Of a stretch of DNA of 64,000 nt, positions 43,150 through 56,595 are shown piece by piece. The stretch is from assembly GCF_000150275.1 (NCBI RefSeq), contig NW_002060943.1, positions 1-64,000 on the forward strand, given 5' to 3'. Below the pieces are notes generated by a model. It did not search any database. It saw only the letters and a program-made list of their open reading frames with translations, and was not told the origin of the DNA. Position numbers and translations under genes: made by a program. This stretch comes from Trichoplax adhaerens (lineage: Eukaryota; Animalia; Placozoa). The stretch's first letter is position 1. Each line of letters opens with the position of its first letter.

Positions 43150-45520
43150 CAAGAACATTACTGACAAGATTATTTGAACGCATTCATTGAATGATCTAAT
43201 ATTCGAAATTAATAATCACCGAGAAATTAAATAGAATTGTAGGATAGTGAGATTTACATGGCAAATGCGTGCCGTCACATAATTGTAGAACAATTTTGAT
43301 TACATGACAGAGCAATTTAATACAAAATTGTACCCATAAACACTTTAATCTGCCAACTATAATTATTTTAAATGTAAGATATTAAAAATATGGAAGCATC
43401 TTCACAACACTATGGAAAACTAATAAAGTTCTACTTCAGATATTATTACCAGCAGAGTAGAAGGCTTCAAGGTTTTTCAGTTAAACTAATAATTTATCTT
43501 ATCATATTATTTTCATGTTTGGATTACAAGGGATAATAGCGTTAATAAATAACAAATTGATGCATGTTCCTTTTATCTTCGTAAGACATGGTATACAAAA
43601 TAATTCTGAGCTTACAATGTTTCCAATTCTTCTAATGGATCAAGTAGATGCTTAGGAAAAGCAGTGATTGGATTATATTCTAAATTGCTATCATTGAATA
43701 ATATTCAAGTAAAGGCCAAAATTAACTAGGTGCAGCAAAATGACTAAGTTATTCTAATATCATGACAATGCTCCTTCCATTAATTCGTCAGATTAATTAG
43801 TAAATTAAAATTTTATTACAGAATTCGTAGATGTTTTAATCCTCTAAAGGCATTTTCGTGAAGTACTTGTATATTTGAAAAGTGAAGTTTCCTAAAGAAA
43901 AAGTAATTGTATGATACAAGCTAGGTGCTTAATATTTACAACCTTACACATGATTATTGTAAATCTCCTATCAACTAACAAGACTTGCAAATTTTTTAAA
44001 TAAACGAAGGCATTTTCACGAATTATTTTGATTGAACTCCTTCCAAGATCACTGTCAGAGCAATAAGATCGCTTAGTCATGCAACTACTTATACATTTAG
44101 CAAAGATGTAATCAGATGAGAATAAATCTTACTTACAGAAATCTAAGATTTGGTAAGTTCTTTAGATAATCTGGATTTATGGTTTCATCGGTGATAACAT
44201 TAAAATCTGCATTGCTGCGAAGATAACATATAAAAATATTTCTAAATTCTATAACGTAATAGCGAAATAAAGCAATTTACCGAAATGTCACGTTGTCCTC
44301 AATAACAATATTTTACTAATGGCTCTGCAATCCATTCGTCTAAATCTTAAGGAACAATTTATATAAGCTCTAATACGTTTACATCGAGTACAGTTATCCT
44401 TTAAGTGAAGTAAATATTCTAGATTATATAACAGATGTAAATATACAATTTCGTGTAATACTTTGATTGCATTAATGTGGTAGTGTTCACATTGAAGTTT
44501 TGCTTTCAAAAATTTTGTAACATAAAACCCCAGCTATATTCTTTAAAAATCCACATCACAATGCTAATAGTTGAGTCAAGTTTACTAAACCAAGAATTTT
44601 ACTAACTTGACTAAACATAGTCACTACTCTGACGCAGTAACTGCATGTGAACGACAATTTTTTAGAGACATCTTGGAGCCCGTCAAATCCTAATTTATCA
44701 TTTCATAGAATTTGTATGATAACATGGATTTTTCAACGATGGCTTACATTTCATAAATATAAGGTTGACGAATGGAAGTATCAATTGGAAATTCTTTCAA
44801 GAAATTGAACTTTATCAACCTAAGAATGATAAATTAGCAATTACACAAAGTAATATTTTAACAAATTAATCTAGTCCTACATGCCGCCTTTATGCATAAT
44901 ATGACGAATTATATTTCTTATTTATGTATGACTGTAGTATTTAGATTGTTAATTTAAGACATTTTAAAAAATAATAATGTTTAAAGCTTAGAGAATTTTT
45001 CATATCGATGCACATCTCCTTCATAAGCCTAATTAAATATTTACTGAAATTTTGGTACTAAGAAATCGTTCTATAATCAAAACAATCGATACATGGTTAC
45101 GACCGTGAAACCTTGATATCGATCGAAATAGAATTATAAATAATCTTTTAGTAATAAATGTATCTGACATCGCGACTTTTAGCAATTTAAAAACTATTGA
45201 TAATATACATATCGTTCTAAAGTTGCATGGTTTATTTAATTATGCGACAAGATTCAGCGGAACTCCCTGTATAACGAAGAATATTTCATATGCCATGGCA
45301 TTAATTAGAATTAAGGCATTACTCTCTTTGATATTCTAAATGCCCCTTTGCAGTATCATTCATACTGTTTAACCAATCTTGTTCAGAAATTAGAGCAGTT
45401 ATTACATCACTTTGCTATATAGTACCGCATGATGTGAAATAGATTATTTTATTTGGGTTCCAATTTACAGATTTGGTCTGTGGTAGTTTATTGTCATTTG
45501 CTGTTATTACAAACCACATT
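43150..45520 (-). pseudogene. decayed LRR receptor-like gene
   Basis: Exons 44819-44748; 44214-44137 NADFNVITDETINPDYLKNLPNLRFL; 44051-43980 DLGRSSIKIIRENAFVYLKNLQVL; 43891-43820 KLHFSNIQVLHENAFRGLKHLRIL; 43687-43616 NLEYNPITAFPKHLLDPLEELETL; frameshift in the about 44398-44281 Cys exon and stops in flanking exons. Confidence 0.7.
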
Positions 45521-45529
45521 GCGAGAAGA

Positions 45530-46111
45530 TTTACAAAAAAAAAATCTCTAAATTTCTAATGTGTCCGGAATTCAGTATCCCTTCACTATTTATAAGAACT
45601 TAAACGCCTTTATTTCTACGTTGCGCAACTAGAGACTGATTTTATTCAACGATCTACCAAGCTTATATAGCGAAACTTTTGCAATAGCTATGTAATAGTT
45701 TGTATAGAATAAAGTATGTTAGTGGGCTGCGGCTGATGATGAAACCCGTGAAGTATGGTATTTACTCTTGTACCAAATGAGGCCGGGGCTGGCAGCTTAT
45801 ATACTTTGTCCAAATGTGTTAGTATTGAAGGTTAGGCGTTTCAATGCTGTTACAGAAATCCAATTCAGAGTAAGACCGTAAGATTTTCAAACTACAAACC
45901 TAACGTAATAGCAGTGAGGCTATTTCAGGCTAACACTAATGAATCACCTTACAACAATAACTAATTATAGATATGGATATGTAATGACTGATTTTATATG
46001 ATCGGACTACAGTATGGCCATTCACAGAATCATTTCAATACTCCTACAATATAATATTAGTTAGAATTTCAGTTACAAAAGCCTGTACTGTACATATTCA
46101 ATTGTTAGACA
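45530..46111 (-). mobile_element. solo LTR homologous to 3223-3572, interrupted by family S copy 2
   Basis: 45550-45670 and 46000-46111 are reverse-complement homologs of 3400-3540 and 3223-3325. Confidence 0.6.
45691..45927 (+). mobile_element. small solo LTR family S, copy 2
   Basis: TGTAATAG...CTATTTCA ends; TSD AGCTA/GGCTA. Confidence 0.75.
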
Positions 46112-46273
46112 AGAATTTAATTACGGTACAAATTATAATCTGCCATAGCACTGTAATAAAGGAAAAAAGTAGAGTCCTTTATAGCTTTTAGTATGTAACT
46201 ATTATTACTTTACTATAGAAAATACCTAGAAAGTGATAGTATCTTCAAGTTTTACCCTGCCAAATCATAATGT

Positions 46274-46795
46274 CGCCATCTTTTCTTCTTCGCAATTTTA
46301 CAAAGTATGGTATAGATTACTATAGAAGTAACCTAACAGCAATCATCTAATCTAAAGAAAGGGCGTTTGATAGTCTATTGGGATTGTAAATGAATTTGAC
46401 TTAATAACAAAGCCCTATCACTAGAGAAAGGGGATTTATAACATGACAGTAAAGTACTGTAATGTAGGTTATAATCGTACAGTTATCGTACAACTTCATG
46501 CTAAAACATCAACTGTCAATTCTAATGTCAGAAAAGTAGTCATAGTTGTCATATAAAATTTTTTTGATAAGCGATTAGGTGATCTTTATAAAATTCGGAA
46601 TTTTCGGATTCAGATTCCGGAACGGGTCGGATCTGTGTCCGATATAATTTTTGGATTTTAATTTTTGGAAAATGCAAACTTTGATTTCTGAAATTTGAAC
46701 TTTTTGTTGTGATTTTGAAACTTTGGAATTTTATGACGTGACATGAAAGTTACTCTAGAAAAGTTTAATTGAGAAAAATAGAAAATAAGATGGCG
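46274..46795. promoter_or_regulatory. putative divergent promoter with two AAGATGGCG (YY1-like/start-codon) motifs
   Basis: CGCCATCTT at 46274-46282 and AAGATGGCG at 46787-46795 face outward around a CpG-rich patch (46590-46640, includes CCGGAA). Confidence 0.35.
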
Positions 46796-48819
46796 AATGG
46801 CAGAGCTTGTGTTGATTTGTTAAGTAGTTAGACTGTTATTTTTATGACTAAATCTTGCTGTTTAAAGGTTAATTTTTAGACTTTTTTAATGTATTAATGA
46901 TTAAGAATTATCTTAGAAGTGAAGCTTGATATATTTTATAGTTAGTTTGTTGTTTTATAGTGTTTTGTAAGGGAATCATAAGGTAAATTATATCTGAACT
47001 TTGCATGATTTTTGTTTTCTTAAGTGTTGCAAATTAGTTCTCTGAAATGGATCTTAAAAGTGATTGGTTAACAAATGTTTAGTTTTAAATACCACTGACG
47101 GCTCTGCGAGCCTATAAATGATAGTGCAATCAGGAAATTTAGAGTAGAGAGTAGAAGAAGATTCTTTTAAAGAACTTGTTGAATGTTAAAGGCCTTGATC
47201 GTCGAATTGTTGTAAGTGAAAACATTTTTCTTTCTGTTTGGTTGTTGACAGTTTCAGTTCTGTCGTTTTTTTATTTGTTCACTTATAATACTTAGAATTA
47301 AGTATTTGGAAGGTTGTTTGATCTGTCTCTCTCACGTTTTCTTAATAAATTGTGATCGGTTGTTTCCCCAATTTTTATTTGGTGTCAAAGTTGCGTTAAG
47401 TCGACCAAGGTGCCAAGAAAGTAGTATAAAAGCTTTTCAGAAGTTTTATAGCTTAGTTTCTACATATTACATTTCATTGAAGCACATTATAACTTCGATA
47501 GTTCCTACTGTAGGTAACTAATTGTAATCACCCTATACAATTGTTAAATTCGCTAAATTTAATCATTTAATTCTCCACAGTAGTTCGTACCATGTCAGCT
47601 TAATAACTGAGGTAATCATTGCTAGTTAAATTCAGAATACTACATGACGATAATTTTTTGGTTTGGTTTGATACTACCAACTGTTTTATGCTGCTTTATA
47701 AAATGTAGTATAGTTCGATCTATTGGTAGTTGAGTGGTGGAAATATTAGTAGAATGTGTGAAGTTTAAGATAGTAAGAAGCTAGAATGGCTAAAGAAACA
47801 TGAGCAACTTCTATTGGCCTTTTTTGCTAGCTTAATAGTAATGGCAGTTTCTCGTAATCTATCCATTTTTCTAATCCTTCGAGCACTTTGTAATTTTTTT
47901 AAATTTTTAATAAAGTGATAGTTTTACATTTGATGTTAATTTTTAAAGTGATACCCAATTTTTTGTTAACTTCATCGATAAATACTGTTTACTAAATTAC
48001 ATGTGTCATAGAAAACATTAACAGCACATACACCGATTGATACGGAACAAGCCATTTCTTGGGAAATCGATAAAGGCTACGTTGAACACAGTTTAGCTCA
48101 TTATTTTTGCATGAGCATCCTTTGATGCAAGGAAGTTGATCTGTTATAATGTAAACAGTTTCAAATAATTAATTCTCTAAACTTATTTTGTTAGCAGCAA
48201 TCTATGTCAGATATATTATAAGTAATAAGAGTTTACAAATATATCTTTTAGTGATTGCTAGTAAATAGCTAAATAGCACAAGTAGTTAATAAACCTGCAT
48301 TAGAACTACGCTACTGCGATATTTTCCTATCGTACTTCTGATGGTGCTTGGATTTTAATGGTATTGAATTTTATTAAGTAACAGTCAAAGTGACAGAATT
48401 TGCGTTTATGTACATATATGGACACAGTAAATAAAATAGGCACATATTCTAACATTATTAAATTAGTATATCAACTTACAACAAGTTTTCTTTGGTTGTA
48501 ATGTTTTATTTACGCTAAAAGTGTCCCATAATGAACAAGGAGGCTTGCAAACTGCAGTAAGATATTTTATTGTTGGTTGTATTAGCTGAAGTTTTGCAGG
48601 AATTTACAGAAACTCTAACTTCTTTCTTAATATTTTATATTTCCTTTTCTTGTAAGATATACATAATGATACGAGCATGACTTACTTTTGACGAAAGTTA
48701 TATCGTCATGAATTTTGCAAGAATTCTTAAAGCAGTGCAGCATGCTTTGATTAACCGCTACGGTATCCAACGGCTCTAAATATAAGTATATTATTTGCGT
48801 TAATTAGTCATTGCCGCCG

Positions 48820-49403
48820 TGTTACAAATCTTCTTCTTTGTAACAAGAAACCGGGTCTTAAACACTATCTTCACTAGTACTTGTGTTCCCAACTAACTTA
48901 GGGACCTATCGTAGTTGAACTAACTCTCAGCTACACAAAAAAACTACTATTGAGTAATAGGTTTAAATACTTTACTTTATTTTCGTTAACCTTAGTCGTA
49001 AAATGTACTAAAGAAAAACGTAAGAATATTCTTAGCAATAATAGTCACAAGATCCTGCAAATGACTACTGGAACTGAGAAGCTAAGCTAGTGCTCCGCTT
49101 TTTATAGTCTCGCCGATGGTACACTTGTGAATATTCTTGAAATAGCGGCTTACACTGTACAGTATACATATCCTAGTATAGCAACTAGAGCCTCAAGGCT
49201 CTGCAAAGTAATTGATCTTACACTTAAGGCGTTATTAATTAACGTTTACAGACTAAGCGTGTTAGCTCCGGCATGTCAACAACATTGAACAAGTACTTAT
49301 GAATAAACATTAATATCTAATAAGCTACTGGAGTAAACAATAATTTAAATGAGATATTTTAATTAACTTAGCAATTAATATTTCGGAGCATGGCTCCGTA
49401 ACA
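48820..49403 (-). mobile_element. solo LTR (584 bp)
   Basis: TGTTAC...GTAACA ends; perfect TSD CGCCG (48815-48819 / 49404-49408); minus-strand TATA about 49100 and AATAAA about 48977; patchy similarity to 7524-8090. Confidence 0.85.
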
Positions 49404-49739
49404 CGCCGTTATAACTGCACAAATATCTTTCCTATAGTCCTGCTATAATCTGGTTATCTTCGTTGTCATTTAGTACTGGAATATACCATTCACATTTGCA
49501 CATTATCTTAAACAATCCAATTTGCAGTCACAAAATTTAGTCGCAGGAACGCTTTTTCTGGAATTGTCACACTGTAAAGCGCAGATTACTACATTTCTCG
49601 CACAAAGAAGTATACCAAAATTTCATTAGTTATTTTATGCGTGGATAGATTTGGTGATAAAATACAATTTTGTAAACAATTTTGATATATAAAATGTCCA
49701 ATTTTTCAATGTAATGATAATACTAAAGTAAGTACTAAG

Positions 49740-49900
49740 AGTTTGGGATAAAAACCTTGCATCATTAAGCAGGAACATATAATTTCCCACACAATCGGAG
49801 CCATAATATTAACGGGCTTCTTCTTTATTCAAATATTTATTCTGTATAGCCTGAATAGGATCATCAAGCAAGAATTTCAGCATAAGATATGCGAAAAAAA
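49740..49900 (-). pseudogene. possible decayed tyrosine-kinase C-lobe exon
   Basis: ...IQNKYLNKEKKPVNIMAPIVWEIICSCLMMQGFYPK weakly resembles the TK GxRLxxPxxCPxxxYxIMxxCW..P motif. Confidence 0.25.
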
Positions 49901-52410
49901 TCTTTTATTAGTTTTAGAGATTTAGATAGTCTGTCTTTTTGAAAGAAAAATAATTACATAAAGCATTGGATAGCAGTAATAGTTAATAATGCAGAAAGCA
50001 ATTCTACGCATACGATTATCACTACTATAATATTAAGGTATTGAACGCTTAAATAATACCAGCAATAGTTTCAAAATTAGTGCTCACTGTAATAAACCAA
50101 ACACGAACTTGATAACGTTTCTAAGAAATTAAATACTAGTACTAGGTATTTGGCACGGTGTAACATGTCTACAGACTATATTACATTACGATGCTTTTCT
50201 TTGAAGAAAGAATTTTTCTTCGATTCCTAAATGTAAATGTAAGAAATGTAAGAAACTGGACATGATTATAAAATCAGTGTAATTGAAAGCTGTGATTGTA
50301 TCTGTTGTCGAAAATGATAAAATTTTTAAATTTAACTAAGAGATTTATACCTACGGTAAGCTTTATGGCGAAATTATTTTTTCGACTACATAACTAATCT
50401 TTCGCCTTTATCTTACTATTTTATAACATTCCAAATCTATATAAACATAGCTAATACTCGTATTTTCTGGTTGTACCAATGTTTTGAAATTTCGCACTTC
50501 TTTGAGTTAAGGCGGATTCAACTAGATATCTTTAGGCTATCCAACTTCGCTGTCAGCCTTGATACTATTAAATTTGATGAGTTATGATGATCCAGCGCCA
50601 CCTACTGTACCTCAGTACCTAATTCTGCTAGTTATGCCTTTACAATTTGATTTTCTTTCCTAAAGTAGCGAAATTGAATTCCAAGTATAAATAGATTGAG
50701 AATATTTGACAACACATTTATAGAAAGATATTAAACCTGCACATAATGTTTCCTTTGTTCATCATAGATTACTGACATAAAAGATGCACAATAGTAAGAT
50801 CGAGGGTGGAGCCAAGGAAGATTTTTTTCTTGACGTGATCTGTTCGCCTGCCTCCAATTTAATTTTTGAATACGATGTAACTAAATGCTACTATTGTAGC
50901 AGCTGAAAACCGACATTAAAACCGAAGATGCTACAGCTAGCCAGTATGATAAACATAGCTTTACTATTAATTAAGTTACTATTAGAGCCACGTAGACTTA
51001 ATCTATAATAAGTTAACAAGCAAGCATTTACAATACTACTGGCGTTATCTGGAAATTAACTTCTTCACTGGCTTTACAAGTAGTGACCAAACTAACACTA
51101 ATGAGATCCTTCATTAATTAATGAAGTTGCTATAAACTAGCTTTTGCAGTAAAAATTCTACATAATTATATTTAGAATGAAGCCTACGTAATCATTCATG
51201 TTTTTCTTGATCTAACCTAATAATATTTTAAAATTTAACTGTCAGTAGATAGCTCTTTTACCAGAAGTGCCTGCAATTCATGCAATAGAGTTTTATAAAT
51301 TTTATCATAAACTAATAATGCTGTCATATTCTGGCAGATTACTACCTGTATAGAGTAATTTACAGTAAGATGGCATGATTCCATAATTTATAGTCTGAAT
51401 AAGAGAAGTATAGACCTGACATGCGAAGATTCCTATTAACCGATTGACCTTTAATCTGCTTATTGTTATGCGAAGATAACATTAATTTTATAACAATAGT
51501 GATTGTGGCCTTTAAATATTTCATGCTAGTAATATTTACGTATTGCACTGGCGTTAATTTTCAAAGATTAATAATACAAAAAATAAGTTTATTGTCTTAA
51601 ACTTGAATTACGCATGATGTCAGTCATATGATTACAATTATCCAAAAACGAAATCATAGGTATGTAAAAATCTAAATATTCGTTTGATATCCTACTCTAA
51701 TGTGAAATCTAAGGTAATACCCTTTTTATAATGGCAGGATATCAAATGAACATGTAATTGAATTATCTTATACTTTATCTATAAAACTGCATGGTCTACC
51801 TAAGAGTACAGGGTATTTCCAACTCTGTATCACTTAAAAGATAATAAGATAGTCACTTCACAAGCGTAATTTTGCCATTATTTATGCAGTGAAAAAGAAT
51901 TTAATTTATCTACTGACAAGCGCTAATAAAGAACGAATGTGAGGGCAGGATGAATTTTTTTGTATTTGAATTCTATAATAATCACTGGAGCAACCAGAAG
52001 AAAGGTATGCTTTTCCGGAAGTTATATTCTTACTATGCCCAAAAGCCTTTCTATTAACCCCAAAATTATTATAGACTTGATAATGGCAAATTTTCTTTAG
52101 AATAACGATATCAATAATAAACTATAACTCATTATTTAATACGCAACGGTCGTATATGTATGTTTGGTGATAATAACTAAATTAACATGGTTGATAATAT
52201 TTTCATCTTGAAAATGTTCATTTCCAATTTTAATGAACAGGAAAATAGATTTTATTTAAACAAGATAGATATAAAGCACTCAGGAAGGGAATTGATCCTA
52301 AAAATTTTAAAATATACTATTCAGTAAATAGCTGATTTTTACATAATGTATCGATTGTATTGCAAAGTTCAATGAAAAGCTAAAAATTGTCGTAGATCTA
52401 GCTAGTATGA

Positions 52411-52827
52411 TGTAATGGTTTGCATAGATTAAAGAATGTTAGTTGGCCGTGGCTGATGATGAAACTGTGAAGTACAGTATTCGCTCTTTTACCAAGTACT
52501 AGAACCTGGACTGACAGCTTATATAATATAGATGGTACCGAATGTGTTAATACTAGACAATATTATGACTTTCCTGTTTGTGAAGATATACCGTCTATCT
52601 ATCTATTAGCCGTTTTCACTGATATATTTAGGGAGGAAAAGTAAGATCTCTTAACGAAACTCTCAGACGGATAGACATAGCGAATTGAATAAAGTTTAGT
52701 ATTTGCTCTCAAATTTAGGGCTTGTTACCTATTCTTGAAGATTAGGCATTTCGACGCAATCAAGGACCTAAGTCAGTCTAAGATCATCACTTTACGATAC
52801 TAGCGAAGTAGCAGAGAGGCTATTTCA
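52411..52827 (+). mobile_element. small solo LTR family S, copy 3 (longest, 417 bp)
   Basis: TGTAATGG...CTATTTCA ends; TSD TATGA/TATAA; TATA about 52520; AATAAA about 52689. Confidence 0.75.
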
Positions 52828-53770
52828 TATAATATAACGAAATGCTAAGCTATCACAAAGATAAAAACAAAAGCAGCTGATTGTCTTTTATTAACGATTA
52901 ACAATGATAAAGAAATTGTACTACGAGTGCGATGGCTAACGATTGTGCGGCTTTTTAAGTAGGTTCTGTATCGCAGAAATGAATAATATTTATTTATATA
53001 GTAATGTCACTGTTACTTAACTAAACTTGCCTAATCTAAACTAATTAGACTACTAGATAAGTAACAATAACTGAGAAATGCACTTTCAGAATCTTCTAAC
53101 TATATCTTTATTGTAGAAAATGCGAGTCTAATTTAATATTCAAAATCAATCATTTAAATAGCTTTTCTAGCCATAAAAGCGGTTTACGATGTGTGATATA
53201 TTTCGACCAATAAGACTTCGAGAATACATTAAATTATTCCTAGTCTAATCCAATGAATTTGTAAAATTACTGCAGATTAACTTTATGTTTGCCCTAGCTT
53301 ATGATTATCAGGATTTATATTGAATTTGCCATTGACAATTCATATATCATATTTAGTATAATTTAACCTGTATTAGGAACAGGTTTGTATCGGCTATATT
53401 AAGTCATCAAATAATTCATGCACATATCCAAATTAATAACTATCTTAACGTGATACATATACATGTCTAAATTAAGTAAGTTATCATTCATCACGGTAGA
53501 TTCACTACCTTGACAGTCACGAACTACTCTCCTCACAAAAGATGAATTAAATTATTTTGCTCTTCTAAGTTGCTATTATCAACTACCGTTCTACTATAGT
53601 TTCGGCTTAATACTATCAACGCAATTTTACTCGTGAAAACTACAAAATCGATTACTAACGAGCATCATTCGCAATTGAAAGTCAACAGCAAAAGTTTAGT
53701 AGAAAAATATACGTAGGCAGAAATCTACTGCGATACAAATACTTAATCTATATAGTCTAAACTAATAGAC

Positions 53771-54212
53771 CTGGCTGATTTGGGCAAGAATAGCAATTAG
53801 TGAGTTCTTTGAATAATGTTTTTTTGTAGATTAACTCGGTTTAGTACAGCAAAACTACTGTTGTAAGACTTTTAGAAGGATAGATTTAGGCGTTGGTAAT
53901 AATAAGATATTCCTACCACATCTTTTGACAGATTAAGGTGCAATCCGAGAATGCTACTAAAAGCAGACGCTTTTAGATTTGCCTAGTAAGCTTATCAAGA
54001 TAGTCTATGACATCGTAGTCTATAATAGTGCTATCCCCTACCACTAAAGATGTTGCAATTACTTTTTATAATCTTAAAATTTTTATTTGGCGTGTTATGT
54101 ATGCGTTGCAGAGTTGATATGGCATCATCCAAGATAGTCTATCTTTGGAGTCATCGTTGTTATCTGCGAAATAAATCAGTTTATGCAGAAGTTTTATTTC
54201 TAGAATTAAGTG
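53771..54212. repeat. dispersed repeat family C copy
   Basis: Reverse-complement homolog of 23340-23767. Confidence 0.75.
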
Positions 54213-55739
54213 AACGAAACATAATATCTAGGTTAACTCTGCAACCAAAGAAATTGGGGAATACAACTATTATCTGCTAGTTACTAAATAGCTAAAATCT
54301 CAATTATTAATGATCTGTACGTAAGCCCTTTCCGTGACGGTTCGTTCAATATAACTTTTAACCATTGCCCTAATAGAATAGAATATACCTTCCATAGTAT
54401 AAAAGAATAGATATTAATAACCTTGGATACTAAATTAAAGAACTATTGATTGTTTACAATATAAATTACTTTCAATATTCTAGATCGCTTTACTAAGGTA
54501 AAAAACAAATTACTACAATTAATGTAACCTTCTCCATATGAATCATTGCATTTACAATGATGATGTTGCGTGTCACTTTCAAATTAAATACATAAAGATT
54601 TTTTAAATTCACTTGAACAAAATTAAAGCATTGACACTCTTCCTTCAAACAAAATGAGTTATTACAGTAAGAAAATCTGATAAACTACTACCAATTTTTC
54701 TCAAACATCCTAATTATTTGAAATATTGCGAACTTATGTATCTCTTTTTATTTCGTTTAAAACAATGTACTTACTATTGTAATGCGAGATTTTGTCTAAC
54801 CATTTAAGCATCTAGTATCTTAACTTAGAGCATTGCCTAACTTTTTATTCTAATTATGTGACTTACTACTTAAATTAAGCTGCAGGAATACGAAACTAAC
54901 ATTCATGATCATTGACTGAGAAGTAACTAATTCAATATTGGGCTATTATTTAATTTAGTATCTAATTGGCATAACCATTAAATCCTCTTTAGCGGCTAGT
55001 CCCGACATGCTTTGGATATATAACGCATTTAACTTGTTACTATCACGTAAATAAATCCAAAATAGGAACTGCTTACCATTTTTTCTTAGTCCAATGTCGT
55101 ATCAAGGTTGTATTCCATGTTCTCTGCTAATGCCTTAAAGTATAGTTACATTTTTAACGTTGTATTTGATAAACAGATACAGTGCATGCAATCAACCGCA
55201 GTAATAATTTTATATATGCCTAATGTATTCTTGCCATCGGTGCGTTAAACCTCAATAGCTCTTGAATGATCTTTTCTCGACAACTCTTCCTATACGTTTA
55301 ATATTACAAAATGCTAGGCAAATGGTTAGTTTGAAGCTCGTATACTATATCCAGAATTAAAAGACATTTTATCAACATGGACTGTTTCAAGTTTCTGATA
55401 ACAAAAGCTGTAATAAATTCGTATTCCCTGCTAGCAACAATTATATTCTCATACTTCATCTTTACTACATGTTCGCTCTAGCATTCATCGAGAATTGTGG
55501 GAGGCAGAAAATTGCCACTTGTGTTTTTACGCAGTGTACATTCTCCATAAACCTCCGTAGTTGAGTTAGACTGTCTGATGATTAATCACCACAAAACCAA
55601 TTGGCTTTAATTCTAGAAGCTCCGCTTAAGGTTACAAAGTAACTTAAAAAGTTTGCAAGCTTTCAATTTATTAATCATCCAAAATGTATTTAACAGATAC
55701 GTGTAATTACTTAGGAATAACTAGGTACTTACATTTAGT

Positions 55740-55880
55740 GTAGTGGAAACTTAGTATCAGACAATAGAACCCAAATTCTAAGCATTTATTGATAGTATAG
55801 AGGGTGTAAAGAAATTTTTTGGCCATCTCAAGCCTGGCCCCTTCTTCGTAACCGATTTCTGTACATTCTATTGCATAACT
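55740..55880 (-). pseudogene. decayed tyrosine-kinase C-terminal exon
   Basis: EEGARLEMAKKFLYTLYTINKCLEF resembles TK subdomain X-XI GxRLxxPxxCPxxLYxIMxxCW; 5' side is cut at the MT duplication breakpoint. Confidence 0.4.
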
Positions 55881-56069
55881 ATTGAATAACAAAATTCAAA
55901 ATTTTCACCCTATCCATTGTGGCTTGATCATTAGGAGTAGAGAATGTATGAATACTCAGCACTTGTAGAACGTCCAATTAAGCCATCGATTACTACTGCC
56001 TAGGCCGACATTGATTTCATTTTGAACTGTTGATCCTTGACATACTACTACTTCCTCAACTTTCGTTAC

Positions 56070-56423
56070 ATTTTATGCTGACTCTCAGTCATCAGCATTG
56101 ATATTTGATAATTTCAGGCATCCTACTACGATGTCGATTGATTTACTAGTTATTCAAAATTGAAATTGCACACAGTATTAGCTACCTTTTATGTACGTTG
56201 CTAGGTCTAGATACAGATAATCCTTGGTAGAAGAACTAGGATCACGACATTTTATGCTGACTCTCAGTCAGCAGCATTGATAAATGATAATTTCAGGCAT
56301 CGTACTACGATGTCGATTGATATACTAGCTATTCAAAATTCAAATTGAATACAGTATTAGCTACCTTTTACGTACGCTGCTACGTCTAGATACAGATCAT
56401 TCTTGGTAGAAGAACTAGGATCA
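56070..56423 (+). repeat. ~177-bp tandem duplication upstream of MT copy 1
   Basis: 'cattttatgctgactctcagtca...agaactaggatcac' occurs twice; only one unit in copy 2 (about 61895-62062). Confidence 0.85.
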
Positions 56424-56595
56424 CCAAGTAACTCATGTAATCAAGTTCAGTCAATCAAAAAAAATCAGAAAGATTTTTATTATAAGATAACAAAATAATC
56501 AGTTGGCGAGCCAGAGAAATTGTAGTTGAGTAGGTATGCATCCGTTCCGTAAAACACATTTTACAAATGATGAAAACATGTTTTCCAGAATTTTC

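Noticed and set aside
52478-52500. U5 snRNA loop-I-like sequence (ttcgctcttttaccaag)
   Set aside because: Has an extra base relative to invariant GCCUUUUAC, is not conserved in copy 2, and shows no Sm site or U5 stem architecture.
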